From Octopus bimaculoides (taxonomy: Eukaryota), in NCBI RefSeq assembly GCF_001194135.2, contig NC_068989.1, positions 73,411,361 to 73,475,360 of the forward strand: a stretch of 64,000 nucleotides of DNA, given 5' to 3'. Positions 52,515 to 63,438 of this stretch are shown here, in pieces; positions within the stretch are counted from its first letter, which is position 1, and each line of letters starts with the position of its first letter. The position numbers were made by a program, and so were the translations under genes. Under the pieces are notes generated by a model. The model made no database searches, had not been told where the DNA came from, and was given only the letters and a program-made list of their open reading frames with translations.

Positions 52515-54140
52515 ATTAAACATGTAATATAGGCACAATTTCATATATAAGACTCAAGGCAAAATTTCAGACATTTTGGTGGGGAAAAGTGTCTTATATT
52601 ACATGAAATATAGTACATTTTTATTTATATTCTTGAAATGTGATGGAATATATTTATACTCAAAAAGAAAGGGTACATTTTATAGTTGTAAACTGACATA
52701 TTAAATGCAGCTGAAAATCTCTTAAGAAAAGGGGATTAAAAATTAAGTAAAAGTAAGTTTAAAAATGAACATTCTTTTGCAAATTTTTGAATTTCTAATA
52801 TTCAAAGCAGAGAAATGTTTCTTTTTTTTTTTTTATGGTGTTAGAGAAGCTGATGGTAGAAAAAAGAAAAATCCATGCGTGAATATACAAAAAAATTCAT
52901 GGACTGGGATAAATTACTTTATTGTGAAAGAAAAGGAAGGATTATGCCTGAAAAGTTTGAGTTCTATTTTTCTTTGATCTGAAACAATTTCTTCCATTGC
53001 AAACTTAAGATGCAGTAACATTATTTTGTTTTGTTAGAGAGTTTCTTTATGCCTTTTGGTTTCATTTCATTTTCTATATTGATGAAGGAGCCACAGTCGA
53101 ACAAGTTTTATTGCTATCAAAGAATCAATCTTCAATTTCATTCCATTGTTAAGGTTCTTGAATGCATAACACTTAGATTTTTTCATCGTGTTAAAATTAC
53201 AATAAATTTTTTTTTTTCTTTTAAGAAAATCCACATTAGGGCTATTCAAATTCAGTTGGTTATAAATCATGCAAGAAAGTACTTAATAACATCACTGTAC
53301 TTCTGTTTCTGCTGTTCCTCTATTCCATATCTCCTTTATCTCTCTTACCGCTTTTACTTGTTTCAGTCGACTCCAGTACTTATTAAATTTATTTTTTAAG
53401 CCTCGTACTTATTCTATGAATCTTTTTTGCTGAACCGCTAAGTTACAGGGATATATACACACCAACACTGGTTTTCAAGCAGTGGTGAGGGTCAAACAAA
53501 GACACACACAACAAACTCTACTCAGTTTTTATCTACCAAATCCATTCTCAAGAGTTTGGTAGTCCCAAGGCTATAGTAGAAGACACTTGGCCAAGGTGCC
53601 TTGCAGTAGGACTGAACTCAGAGCCATATGGTTGGGAAGCAAACTTCTTACCACACAGCCACACCTCTGCCAATGTGCCACACCTGTGCCTATTCTATGC
53701 ACTACTAATAAAAATAATAACTGATGCTACCTTTGGACATTGCATGCTTTATAAACATTCATATCTTATGGATTTTGCATTTTTATCACCATCCCCTCCA
53801 ATGCTTTTTATTACACCATTAAAAAGAATAGAAAAAAAAGAAACATTTCTCTGTTTTGAACATCAGAAATTCAAAAATCTGCAAAACATTTTCCATGTTT
53901 GAATTTTTCTTTTCTTAATTTTTAATTCCATTTTCTTTAGGGATTTTCACCTTCTTTCTATATATTCATTTTATGTCTTTTTACAAATGTAAAAAGTACA
54001 TTTTCTTTTTGTATATAAATATATTTCATTTGCATTTCATATATACAAATAAATATATATTGTATATGATGGCATACCAAAAGAATGTCTCAAAAAATCA
54101 TTCTGAGTCCTGTATGAAAAGTTGGGCCTACATTACATGT
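52515..54140. repeat. Long diverged inverted repeat (arms about 52515-52885 and 53760-54140)
   Basis: Collinear reverse-complement blocks, e.g. TTTTGCAAATTTTTGAATTTCTAATATTCAAAGCAGAGAAATGTTTCTTTTTTTT versus the reverse complement of 53830-53885. Confidence 0.85.
53352..53665 (-). mobile_element. SINE family B, inside the spacer of a long inverted repeat
   Basis: Reverse-complement match to both family B modules. Confidence 0.8.
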
Positions 54141-54464
54141 TTTTATATAAATATTCTCACTTTTCTTTTGATACATAAATTTATAGTTCTTCATAACATT
54201 GACTAATTATGTTGAAGGTTTTGGATTTTTCTTTTGATTTAATTCTATAATTAAGACTGTTTGAAGCATAACGTAAAGATAGACGAAATACTGCTCAGCA
54301 TTTCGCTCGGCGTGTTGACAATTCTCCCAGCTTGCCATCATCATCATCATCATCATCATCGTTTAACGTCCGCTTTCCATGCTAGCATCCTTATTATTAT
54401 TATTAGTAATAATAATAGTGATAATGATAATGTTGATAATAATAATAATTGAATAATAATTATA

Positions 54465-54680
54465 ATCTGTTCTACTACAGGCACAAGGCCTAAAATTTAG
54501 GTGAGGAGGAAGTCAGTTGATTTGACTGAACCCAGCGCTGGACTGGTAGTTATTTGATCGACACTAAATGGATGAAAAGCATAGTTGACTTTGGTGGCAT
54601 TTGAATTCAGAATGTAAAGCCAGTTGAAATGCCACTAAACATTTTTTTGGCATGCTAATGATTCTGCTAGCTCACCGCCT
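54465..54680 (-). mobile_element. SINE family A, diverged (a second partial copy at about 54268-54335)
   Basis: Reverse-complement match, flanked by (AAT)n arrays. Confidence 0.75.
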
Positions 54681-54682
54681 CA

Positions 54683-54685
54683 ATG

Positions 54686-54727
<42 letters not shown>

Positions 54728-54744
54728 TTAATAATAATGATGAT

Positions 54745-54778
<34 letters not shown>

Positions 54779-54825
54779 TTAATAATAATGATGATGTTAA
54801 TAATAATAATAATAATAATAATGTT
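54683..54825. repeat. Compound (AAT)n microsatellite with a higher-order GTT(AAT)3GATGATGTT unit
   Basis: Visible directly; the higher-order unit occurs twice. Confidence 0.9.
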
Positions 54826-55109
54826 GGTTTTTTTTTTTTTTAATATTCCTCATGTTGGAGAATTTCTAGTCTCTACCATATTCCAGTTTTCTGCACTTGA
54901 CACACATCGAGTGAAAGTCAACTTGGTTCAAAAGAATCAAAACATCTGATGGAATAAATATTCTGAGCTCTTTAAATGGAATTTTCCTAACAACAATTGA
55001 AATGGCTCTCAGTAAATCTGTACATATACATGCAAACACATAGATGCATGTGCATATACACATATATATGCGCTTACATAGATTATGTAAGCACATATGT
55101 AGTCTTCAT

Positions 55110-55119
55110 ATCTAGTAAG

Positions 55120-55160
<41 letters not shown>

Positions 55161-55413
55161 ATAATATGTGTGTGTATATACATATATGTATATGTATATA
55201 TATATATGTATATAAATATGTATATATATGTGTATATATATGTATATATATATATATGTAAGTATATATATGTATATATATATATATATGCATATATATG
55301 TATGTATATATATGTATATAAATATATAGACACATATATATACATATTTATATATATATATATATATATATGTACATATATGTATATATATATGTATGTG
55401 TATATATATGTAC

Positions 55414-55449
<36 letters not shown>

Positions 55450-55520
55450 GTAGTGTGTATGTATATACATACATATATGTACATACATATATATCATATA
55501 TATGTATGTATACACTCACA
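55110..55520. repeat. Degenerate (TA)n/(TATG)n low-complexity tract
   Basis: Visible directly; generates the YI-repeat ORFs. Confidence 0.95.
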
Positions 55521-55838
55521 TGGACACGGACACACACATAAAAAAGCACAAAATGCCACACCTGAAGCCATTTCAGTGTTGTATCTATAGTTTGCATTAG
55601 ATTGGTGACTTATGTGTGTCTCTCTGTCTGTCGGTCTATTTGCCTAAATTTGCATATATGCACATATGTTGATGAATGATATGTCTATGTATTATACGTC
55701 TATGTATGGGTAAGACTTGATCCTTTCCCAGCATCCTGACTACCTAGATTCTAAGGAATCTTACGACTGATTACTAATAATAATAATAATAATAATAATA
55801 AAAATGTTAAGGATAATTCTTTCTACTAATAGCACAAT

Positions 55839-56015
55839 TTCTTCTTCTTCTTCTTCTTCTTCTTCTTCTTCTTCTTCTTCTTCTTCTTCTTCTTCTTCTT
55901 CTTCTTCTTCTTCTTCTTCTTCTTCTTCTTCTTCTTCTTCTTCTTCTTCTTCTTCTTCTTCTTCTTCTTCTTCTTCTTCTTCTTCTTCTTCTTCTTCTTC
56001 TTCTTCTTCTTCTTC
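55839..56015. repeat. Pure (TTC)59 microsatellite
   Basis: Uninterrupted 177-bp TTC tract, preceded by (TAA)n at about 55775-55802. Confidence 0.95.
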
Positions 56016-56221
56016 CTTACATTCTATTTCTTTTTTGCTGCATATTTTGTGACAGTTTTTAACATATTTCCTTCTGACCTGTCATTCTTTAGCTTTTTAA
56101 ATCTAGTTTTCTTTTTGTTTGAATTTATTCGCATTTTTTTGTAAAAAAAATAATTTGTCGTTATTTTGCTCATTTATTGATGCTTCCAGCCAAATACCTC
56201 CACAACCCCCTCCCCACATAC

Positions 56222-56415
56222 TCTTTTACTTGTTTCAGTCATTTGACTGCTCCATGCTGGAGCACCACCTTTAGTCGAGCAAATCGACCCCGGTACTTAC
56301 TCTTTGTAAGCCTGGTACTTATTCTATCAGTCTCTTTTTGCCGAACCACTAAGTTACGGGGACATAAGCACACCAGCATCAGTTGTCATGCGATGGTGGA
56401 GGGACAAACACAGAT

Positions 56416-56464
<49 letters not shown>

Positions 56465-56612
56465 TATATACGACGGGCTTCTTTCAGTTTCCGTCTACCA
56501 AATCCACTCACAAGGCTTTGGTCGGCCCGAGGCTATAGTGGAAGACACTTGCCAAAGGTACCATGCAGTGGGATTGAACCCGGAACTATGTGGTTGGTAA
56601 GCAAGCTACTTA
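56222..56612 (-). mobile_element. SINE family B, young full-length copy
   Basis: CpG-rich reverse-complement copy with central (TA)n. Confidence 0.85.
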
Positions 56613-56877
56613 CCACACACACATGTTTACTTATGTTTTAGGTTTCCTACACTTTATTTCTTTATCATATTTTAGTAATACATTTTCCATTTACCATTTC
56701 ACAAAGTTTATTGATAATTCAGGCCCTTTTAAAGAATATTTTTATTTATTCATTTTCCTTCTATTATGTATTTGCCTTTTATTGTGTTATTTCACAGTCT
56801 TAGTTTTGTGCCTGTATGTCCATATATATAATGCATATATGCATGCATACATATATTTATATGTATGTATACATCAA

Positions 56878-57035
56878 TATCATCATCATCATCGTTTAAC
56901 GTCCGCTTTCCATGCTAGCATGGGTTGGACGATTTGACTGAGGGCTGGTGCAACCGGATGGCTACACCAGGCTCCAATCTAATTTGGCAGAGTTTCTACA
57001 GCTGGATGCCCTTCCTAACGCCAACCACTCAGAGA
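56878..57035 (-). mobile_element. Retroposon family C, 3' end only
   Basis: (CAT)n followed by CGTTTAACGTCCGCTTTCCATGCTAGCATGGG. Confidence 0.85.
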
Positions 57036-57711
57036 GTATATATTTGTGTACATCTAAGTTTATGTAAATTCATATATTTATATATATTATGTGTTTTGCT
57101 TGTTTATGCATATATAATATATATGCATATACATGCAAAAAGATGTATATGTATGTATATATGTGTATATGTATATGATAGATATAATCAGTGGTATTGC
57201 TTTCATACTTATGACACGGCATATTATCTTGTGAATCATCACCAAAAAATCAATCACTGCACAATAATCTCACCGTTTAGTTTGAGAAGAATGTAGAAGA
57301 GATAAGAATCTCGCTAATATGCTTGTAGGAAGTACATTTGCTCTTGATTCGAGGGGGCATTATGAAGATATTTGCTTGTCATGATGATTTAGACAGAACA
57401 AACAACTATAATAATGACCTACTTAGTACTAAGTGATCCGTTTCTGATTATATATACTCCTGATGTCTTGAGGTTGTTTTTCATTACTCTTTTAATCTGT
57501 TATTGGTTTTGGCCAGTTGGTTGTGTTCATGTTGAAGCACCTTCCTCAGAGATAGCAAGCTGTATATGGTTTCAGCCAGTTGGTCGTGTTCATTCTGGAG
57601 CACCTTCCTTAAAGATAGTAAGCAGTGTGGTTGCCTTTTTTTTTTCATTTTTGATGTGAACTAATGAAGGAGCTACATGGAGAGTTGCTCAACAAGCTAG
57701 AAATATGGCAC

Positions 57712-57990
57712 CCCATTGGTTACGACTACGAGAGTTCCAGTGGATCCGATCAATGGATCGACCTGCTCATGAAATCAACATGTAAGTGGCTGAGCACTCC
57801 ACAGACATGTGTACCCTTAGCGTAGTTCTCCAGGAGATTCAGCATGACATAGAGTGTGACCAAGTTGGCCCTCTGAAATACAGGTACAACTCATTTTTGC
57901 CACCTGAGTGGACTGGAGCTATGTGAAATAAAGTGTTGTGTTCAAGGACACAATGTGTTACTTGGAATTGAACTCATGACTTTACTATTG
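57712..57990 (-). mobile_element. SINE related to family D, shared 3' end
   Basis: Reverse complement of GTGTCTGTGGAGTGCTCAGCCACTT..GATCGGAT..ACTGGAAC. Related partial copies at about 27285-27410, 46715-46870 and 3797-4140. Confidence 0.7.
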
Positions 57991-58127
57991 TGAGTTGAAT
58001 TCCTTAACCATCATCATCATCAGCCACAACATTAGCATCACTACCACAATCATCACCACTACCACCATGTTCATTGTTTTTAATGTCCATTATTCTGTGC
58101 TTGCATGTGTCACATCTGGCTGCTCTT

Positions 58128-58257
58128 CTTTCTTGTATATATAGCCTTTCTATGTCTGATTTTGGGTGGTGCATCCTAGATCCTGTCATTATTTTTCTTG
58201 TTTTCCTGTCTATTTTAGTTAGTTCATTTAGTGTCCAGTTAAGGATATTGTAGCTGT
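58128..58257 (-). mobile_element. R4/Dong-like non-LTR retrotransposon fragment (post-RT region)
   Basis: Minus translation SYNILNWTLNELTKIDRKTRKIMTGSRMHHPKSDIERLYIQ matches the R4-clade motif YSFG.INW...EL..IDRKTRK.LT...HHPKAD.DRLY. Confidence 0.85.
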
Positions 58258-58941
58258 TTATTATTATTATTATTATTATTAAATAACTAAGTCAGCAGGC
58301 TAGCTTTGAGTATTTAATTTCACCCTCTGTGCTCTCAGTGAAAAATCTTACTGAGTGTGTGTTTTCTTTTCTTCCCTTTGGAATAAGTACAGCAATAAGT
58401 ACAAAGCCACAAGGTGCCATAGGATTGCTACTTCACTCTTCGTTTCCATGGTTATAATAATTAAGTGAATAAGAAATGTATTATCCAATAAATAGGTTAC
58501 TCAGCTCTCGCAGTTTCATTTTTTTTTTCTTTTCTTGCTGGAGAACTAAACTCAGAACTTAAGATCAACAAATCATTTGTCAGTACCAGAGATCTGACAC
58601 TATTTACAGAAGTTGATTATATTTCCTTATGTACAATGAACTGGCTGATCCTGTACCACTTTCACCCAGGCTGAGTGAATTCAGTCATCTCTCTCTCCTC
58701 TTGTCTTCCATATTTTCTCTTCCTCAGCAAACCTTTCACTAACAACCATATCTAATCTTTACTACCCAACTAATTTACATTTCTCAATGGGATTGGTTTA
58801 GAGATATAGGTTGTGTTGTACCCATGGCCATTACAGGTGTCTTCAGGACTGAGTAGATTCATACAATTTAATATTCCTCTTCAATGTCTGTCAGCCCTCT
58901 GCTATTTCCTTCTTGCCCATGTTTTTTCTTGCATTCATTAA

Positions 58942-59164
58942 CCCTTTCGTTACCGTATTTATTTTGAGATGCTCTGTGTTTCTTTCAATTAATTTTAAAT
59001 ATAACAAAGAATTTAGTAAAATAACTTAGCTTTCATTCAGCTAGTGTTAGGAACATAAATCGTGACTAAAGTTTGGTGGAAGATTTTAATTCAAAACTTA
59101 TGAAAACAAGACATTTATATACTCAGAGCCAGAGGCGGTTTCAGCCAGGTTGGTAATGAAAGGG
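58942..59164. mobile_element. piggyBac-type MITE family F, best-preserved copy
   Basis: TTAA on both sides (58938-58941, 59165-59168) and 13-bp TIRs CCCTTTCGTTACC / GGTAATGAAAGGG (12/13 match). Confidence 0.85.
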
Positions 59165-59961
59165 TTAAGCAGTGGTATTTTAAGAAGAATGTTAACCACA
59201 ATGATATTATAGATATTATCCAGCTGATAAGCTTTCACATAGATTCTACCTGATTTTATTCATGAGTTTTGGGTTGGCAAATGTAGGAGAATGTGGAACT
59301 TATTTGGGAGCAAAATTCTTAACTGCAAAGTCATGCCTACATTAAAAAAAAATGGTAATCAGATTGTTGCTACTACAGTGTGCTAGAGTGGACCTGAGAG
59401 TAGTAAAGATCCTTCCAGAGTCATACAGATTGAGCTGGTTTCCCAGTTTCCATGGCGTATGGATTCCCTACCTGGATGGGATACCAGTCCATTGCAAGAT
59501 TACTCATTTTTGCCAGCTAAGTGGACTAAAGTAATGTGAAATGACGTGTTTTCCTCAAGAACACAACATTTGTCTTGTCCAGGAATTGAAATCACAATCT
59601 TATGACCATGATTCCAACATCCTGACCACTAAGCTACACATCTCTGTGCCTGAGAGTGGTACGGATTAAGAGTAACTCCATATTCTCTGACACTCCTGAA
59701 CTCAACAAGCTGAACTCAACAAGCTGATATAGTTTACTGTCTTACTTACAATAGAATATGATACCTTCTTTCAATATTATTTTATTCTTTTTCACATTAC
59801 ACTCAAAATACAATCAAAGAATTTAATTTGGGTTAATATATAGTTTAACGCCTGGTCACCCAAAATAAAAAGAAACAGTCTAATAGGTGGTAAAAAATGT
59901 GTAGAAAATGAATGTGAAAACAAAAATTGCACAAACGAACGGAGGTGGTAGGGTGGGGAGA

Positions 59962-60452
59962 AGACCAGTCAGGCGGTACTGGCAATGGCCACACTCAAAT
60001 GGTGTTTTTACGTGTCACCTATGCAGGAGCCAGTCCAGCGGCACTGGCAACGCCCTCGCTCGAATGTTGTTTTCCACATACTACCAGCACAAGTGCCAGT
60101 AAGGCGACGCTGGAAACAATCATGCTCGAATGGTGCTTTTTATGTGTCACCGGCACGGGGNNNNNNNNNNNNNNNNNNNNNNNNNNNNNNNNNNNNNNNN
60201 NNNNNNNNNNNNNNNNNNNNNNNNNNNNNNNNNNNNNNNNNNNNNNNGGGGGGGGGGGGGCAGTCACCGACCCTGGCAACGATCAGGCTTGGATGGTGCT
60301 CTTAGCACTCCACTAGCACAGATGCCAGTCATGCAGTGCTGTCATCGAATTTGATTTCGATTTCACTTGCCTCAACAGGTCTTCACAAGCAGAGTTTAGT
60401 GTCCAATGAAAGAAAGGTACGTGTAAGTGGGCTGGTTACACCACTGGCGGTT
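59962..60452 (-). mobile_element. Retroposon family C, 5' part with an array of about 65-bp units (contains an N gap)
   Basis: About five diverged GCCAGT..CTGGCAAC..GCTCGAATGGTG..TTTA(C/T)GTG(C/T)CACC units plus a unique head. Confidence 0.75.
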
Positions 60453-62410
60453 ATGGTCTTACTTGGCTTGCCAATAATATTATTGTAATATATTTCAGAC
60501 TAGGTTATTCAAAGTTATACCCTTTCGTTTTTCTTGCAAAGGCAGTAAAGTGTGATTTCAGTAAGATTTGGTTGCTATATTTATTAAGTTGAATCACTGC
60601 ATGGAAGTCCCCTCATCAGCTTGCTAGGAACAGAGAATGGAGACAAAAGAATTTAATGCAAAGCACTGTTCAGTGATATTTATCTCTACTCAATATAAGT
60701 ATGGTTTTAATCAATTACGGTTATTGTGTTTGCCATATTAGGGCTTGCTTCTCTAGTAATTTTCATGTAGGTTGGTTGGTTTTATATACCATACAACTGC
60801 TTTAAACAAACGGTTTTGCACATAGACATTAATTAGGGAAAAACTGAGATTCAATTTCTGTTTTTTTCTTTTCTCTTTTTTCTTGTTTTTTTTTTTTTTT
60901 TTTTTTTTTTTTTTCCGAATTGTAGAGGATGAAACAGAATTTCTTATACTGTATTTCATCTCACCTTTCTCTCCTTTCTGAGATGAAACCTTACTGATGG
61001 CTTATCCAGTTGATTTATATATCTTTTGTTTCCATAGTGAGCAATAAGATGAATTTCAGCTATAAACTGGGTCCAAGTAAATCAAGTATTCCACCACTCA
61101 CAGAAATTATTATGCTTATAAGTCAATGGAGAGAAATGTATGGCTTCCATAAGAATGGTGAGTGCAGAAACAGTTGGAAAAAAAGAAAATGGTCAAGATG
61201 ATTCATAGCATCTCTAGTTCAGTATTTCACCCATTGCAATCCTTACCACTTTCTTTCAGTCTTTCTTTTGTCATTCTTGCTCAGGATAAATTATGTTTTG
61301 AAATAGATCTCAGAAATGGCATACCATCTCTTGAATGTGCAGTTTACAATCAATATTTTTTTTTTTCCCCTATATTTTCTGTCTCCCACTGTTCACTATT
61401 TGATAATGTTCTGAATGTCTTTCCATTAAGATATTATAACAACAATAACAATGGTGACAACAGCAATAACCACCTCTGTCTTCCCCTTTTCAGATATCGA
61501 TTGATCTTCTGTGTACACACACACACACCTATATGTATATATTTAAGTTCTTTTTTTATCTAATCATTTATTTGTTTATTTATATCTTTATTAGAATAAT
61601 AAATTGTGTAGTTTCCATTTTGGAAAGCAGACAATTGTATTAATTGTAGAACTGGTAATGAGAAAAAATACAGAAAGTAAGATTTACCTTTGTTATCTTT
61701 GTTGCATATTCATAAAGAGAATGTGAGACCTGAAGTGATTTTTATTGTGTTGCCTTTGCAGTTAAAAAAAAAACAAAAAAAATTAAAAGTATATTTTTAA
61801 CTTCAGCAAACTGTTAAAAGTTTTATACTATGACACAGAAACTAGTTGAAAAGAGAGGAAAAGAGACAATCTGTCCATTCGTCCAGAGAGAGAAAGAGAG
61901 GAAGACAGAGAGAATGAGAGTATGTTATATCATGAATATGAGAGTGTAGCAGTCTGTGCACTATTATTGCTACTTCATCGTTTCACATTCATTGTAACCC
62001 ATGCACTTAGATTGAACAACCATTGACATTTAAGCTTTTGTGCTTGTTTCTATTTGCTAACTTCATTTTTCCTGCTCTTATAGAAACCTGACATTGAATG
62101 TTGACATGCTTCCAGCCACTACTGGCATTTTCTTTGATCCTGCTCTGCCCAATGGAAGATGGAGCTGTTACAGACCATCTTGGAAGGAGTGTAGATTCTT
62201 TTGCTTCTCATCACGTGTCCTTGCCTTTTCCCACCCAGTAGCCTTTCCAGCATGAAGAAGGCCACTTATCTCTGTCAAATTATCAGTCAAAAATTATGAG
62301 CTTTCTGGTCGATAACTTGGCAGAGAGGATCTGTATACTTAAGGCTCTGCTTTTTCAGTGGAAACAGCCATAAGCTAATGAAGTTCATAAAATAATTGCT
62401 CATTCCTTTG

Positions 62411-62441
<31 letters not shown>

Positions 62442-63164
62442 NNNNNNNNNNNNNNNNNNNNNNNNNNNNNNNNNNNNNNNNNNNNNNNNNNNNNNNNNNN
62501 NNNNNNNNNNNNNNNNNNNNNNNNNNNNNNNNNNNNNNNNNNNNNNNNNNNNNNNNNNNNNNNNNNNNNNNNNNNNNNNNNNNNNNNNNNNNNNNNNNNN
62601 NNNNNNNNNNNNNNNNNNNNNNNNNNNNNNNNNNNNNNNNNNNNNNNNNNNNNNNNNNNNNNNNNNNNNNNNNNNNNNNNNNNNNNNNNNNNNNNNNNNN
62701 NNNNNNNNNNNNNNNNNNNNNNNNNNNNNNNNNNNNNNNNNNNNNNNNNNNNNNNNNNNNNNNNNNNNNNNNNNNNNNNNNNNNNNNNNNNNNNNNNNNN
62801 NNNNNNNNNNNNNNNNNNNNNNNNNNNNNNNNNNNNNNNNNNNNNNNNNNNNNNNNNNNNNNNNNNNNNNNNNNNNNNNNNNNNNNNNNNNNNNNNNNNN
62901 NNNNNNNNNNNNNNNNNNNNNNNNNNNNNNNNNNNNNNNNNNNNNNNNNNNNNNNNNNNNNNNNNNNNNNNNNNNNNNNNNNNNNNNNNNNNNNNNNNNN
63001 NNNNNNNNNNNNNNNNNNNNNNNNNNNNNNNNNNNNNNNNNNNNNNNNNNNNNNNNNNNNNNNNNNNNNNAATTACTAAATAATTATTAATTGATTTATC
63101 AATATTTTCTTATTTTTCTTAAATAAATATAAATCTCGGTTTATCTAATCACCTTATTTTTGAA

Positions 63165-63438
63165 TCATCATCATCATTGTTTAACGTCCGCCTTCCATGC
63201 TAGCATGGGTTGGACGATTTGACTGAGGACTGGTGAAACCGGATGGCAACACCAGGCTCCAATCTAATTTGGCAGAGTTTCTACAGCTGGATGCCCTTCC
63301 TAACGCCAACCGCTCAGAGAGTGTAGTGGGTGCTTTTACGTGTCACCCGCACGAAAACGGCCACGCTCAAAATGGTGTCTTTTATGTGCCACCCGCACAA
63401 GAGCCAGTCCAGGGGCACCGGCAACGATCTCGCTCGAA
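63165..63438 (-). mobile_element. Retroposon family C
   Basis: Reverse-complement copy with an internal deletion. Confidence 0.85.

Noticed and set aside
55804-56052. Poly-serine ORF
   Set aside because: It is the translation of the (TTC)59 microsatellite, with no flanking coding context.
57506-57630. 63-bp tandem duplication giving a 21-aa repeat
   Set aside because: The minus strand resembles the 3' tail of SINE family B, so these are duplicated SINE tails.
60248-60260. Poly-G run or G-quadruplex
   Set aside because: It sits at a gap edge inside a retroposon; the length is unreliable and may be a sequencing artefact.
59962-60340. CRISPR-like array of hairpin repeats
   Set aside because: The units are diverged along their whole length with no invariant repeat/unique spacer pattern, there are no cas genes, the context is eukaryotic, and the array is part of a dispersed retroposon.
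60966-61060. Minus-strand exon candidate AEIHLIAHYGNKRYINQLDKPSVRFHLRKERK|gtgaga
   Set aside because: Good donor but a weak acceptor and no recognised homology; within chance expectation.
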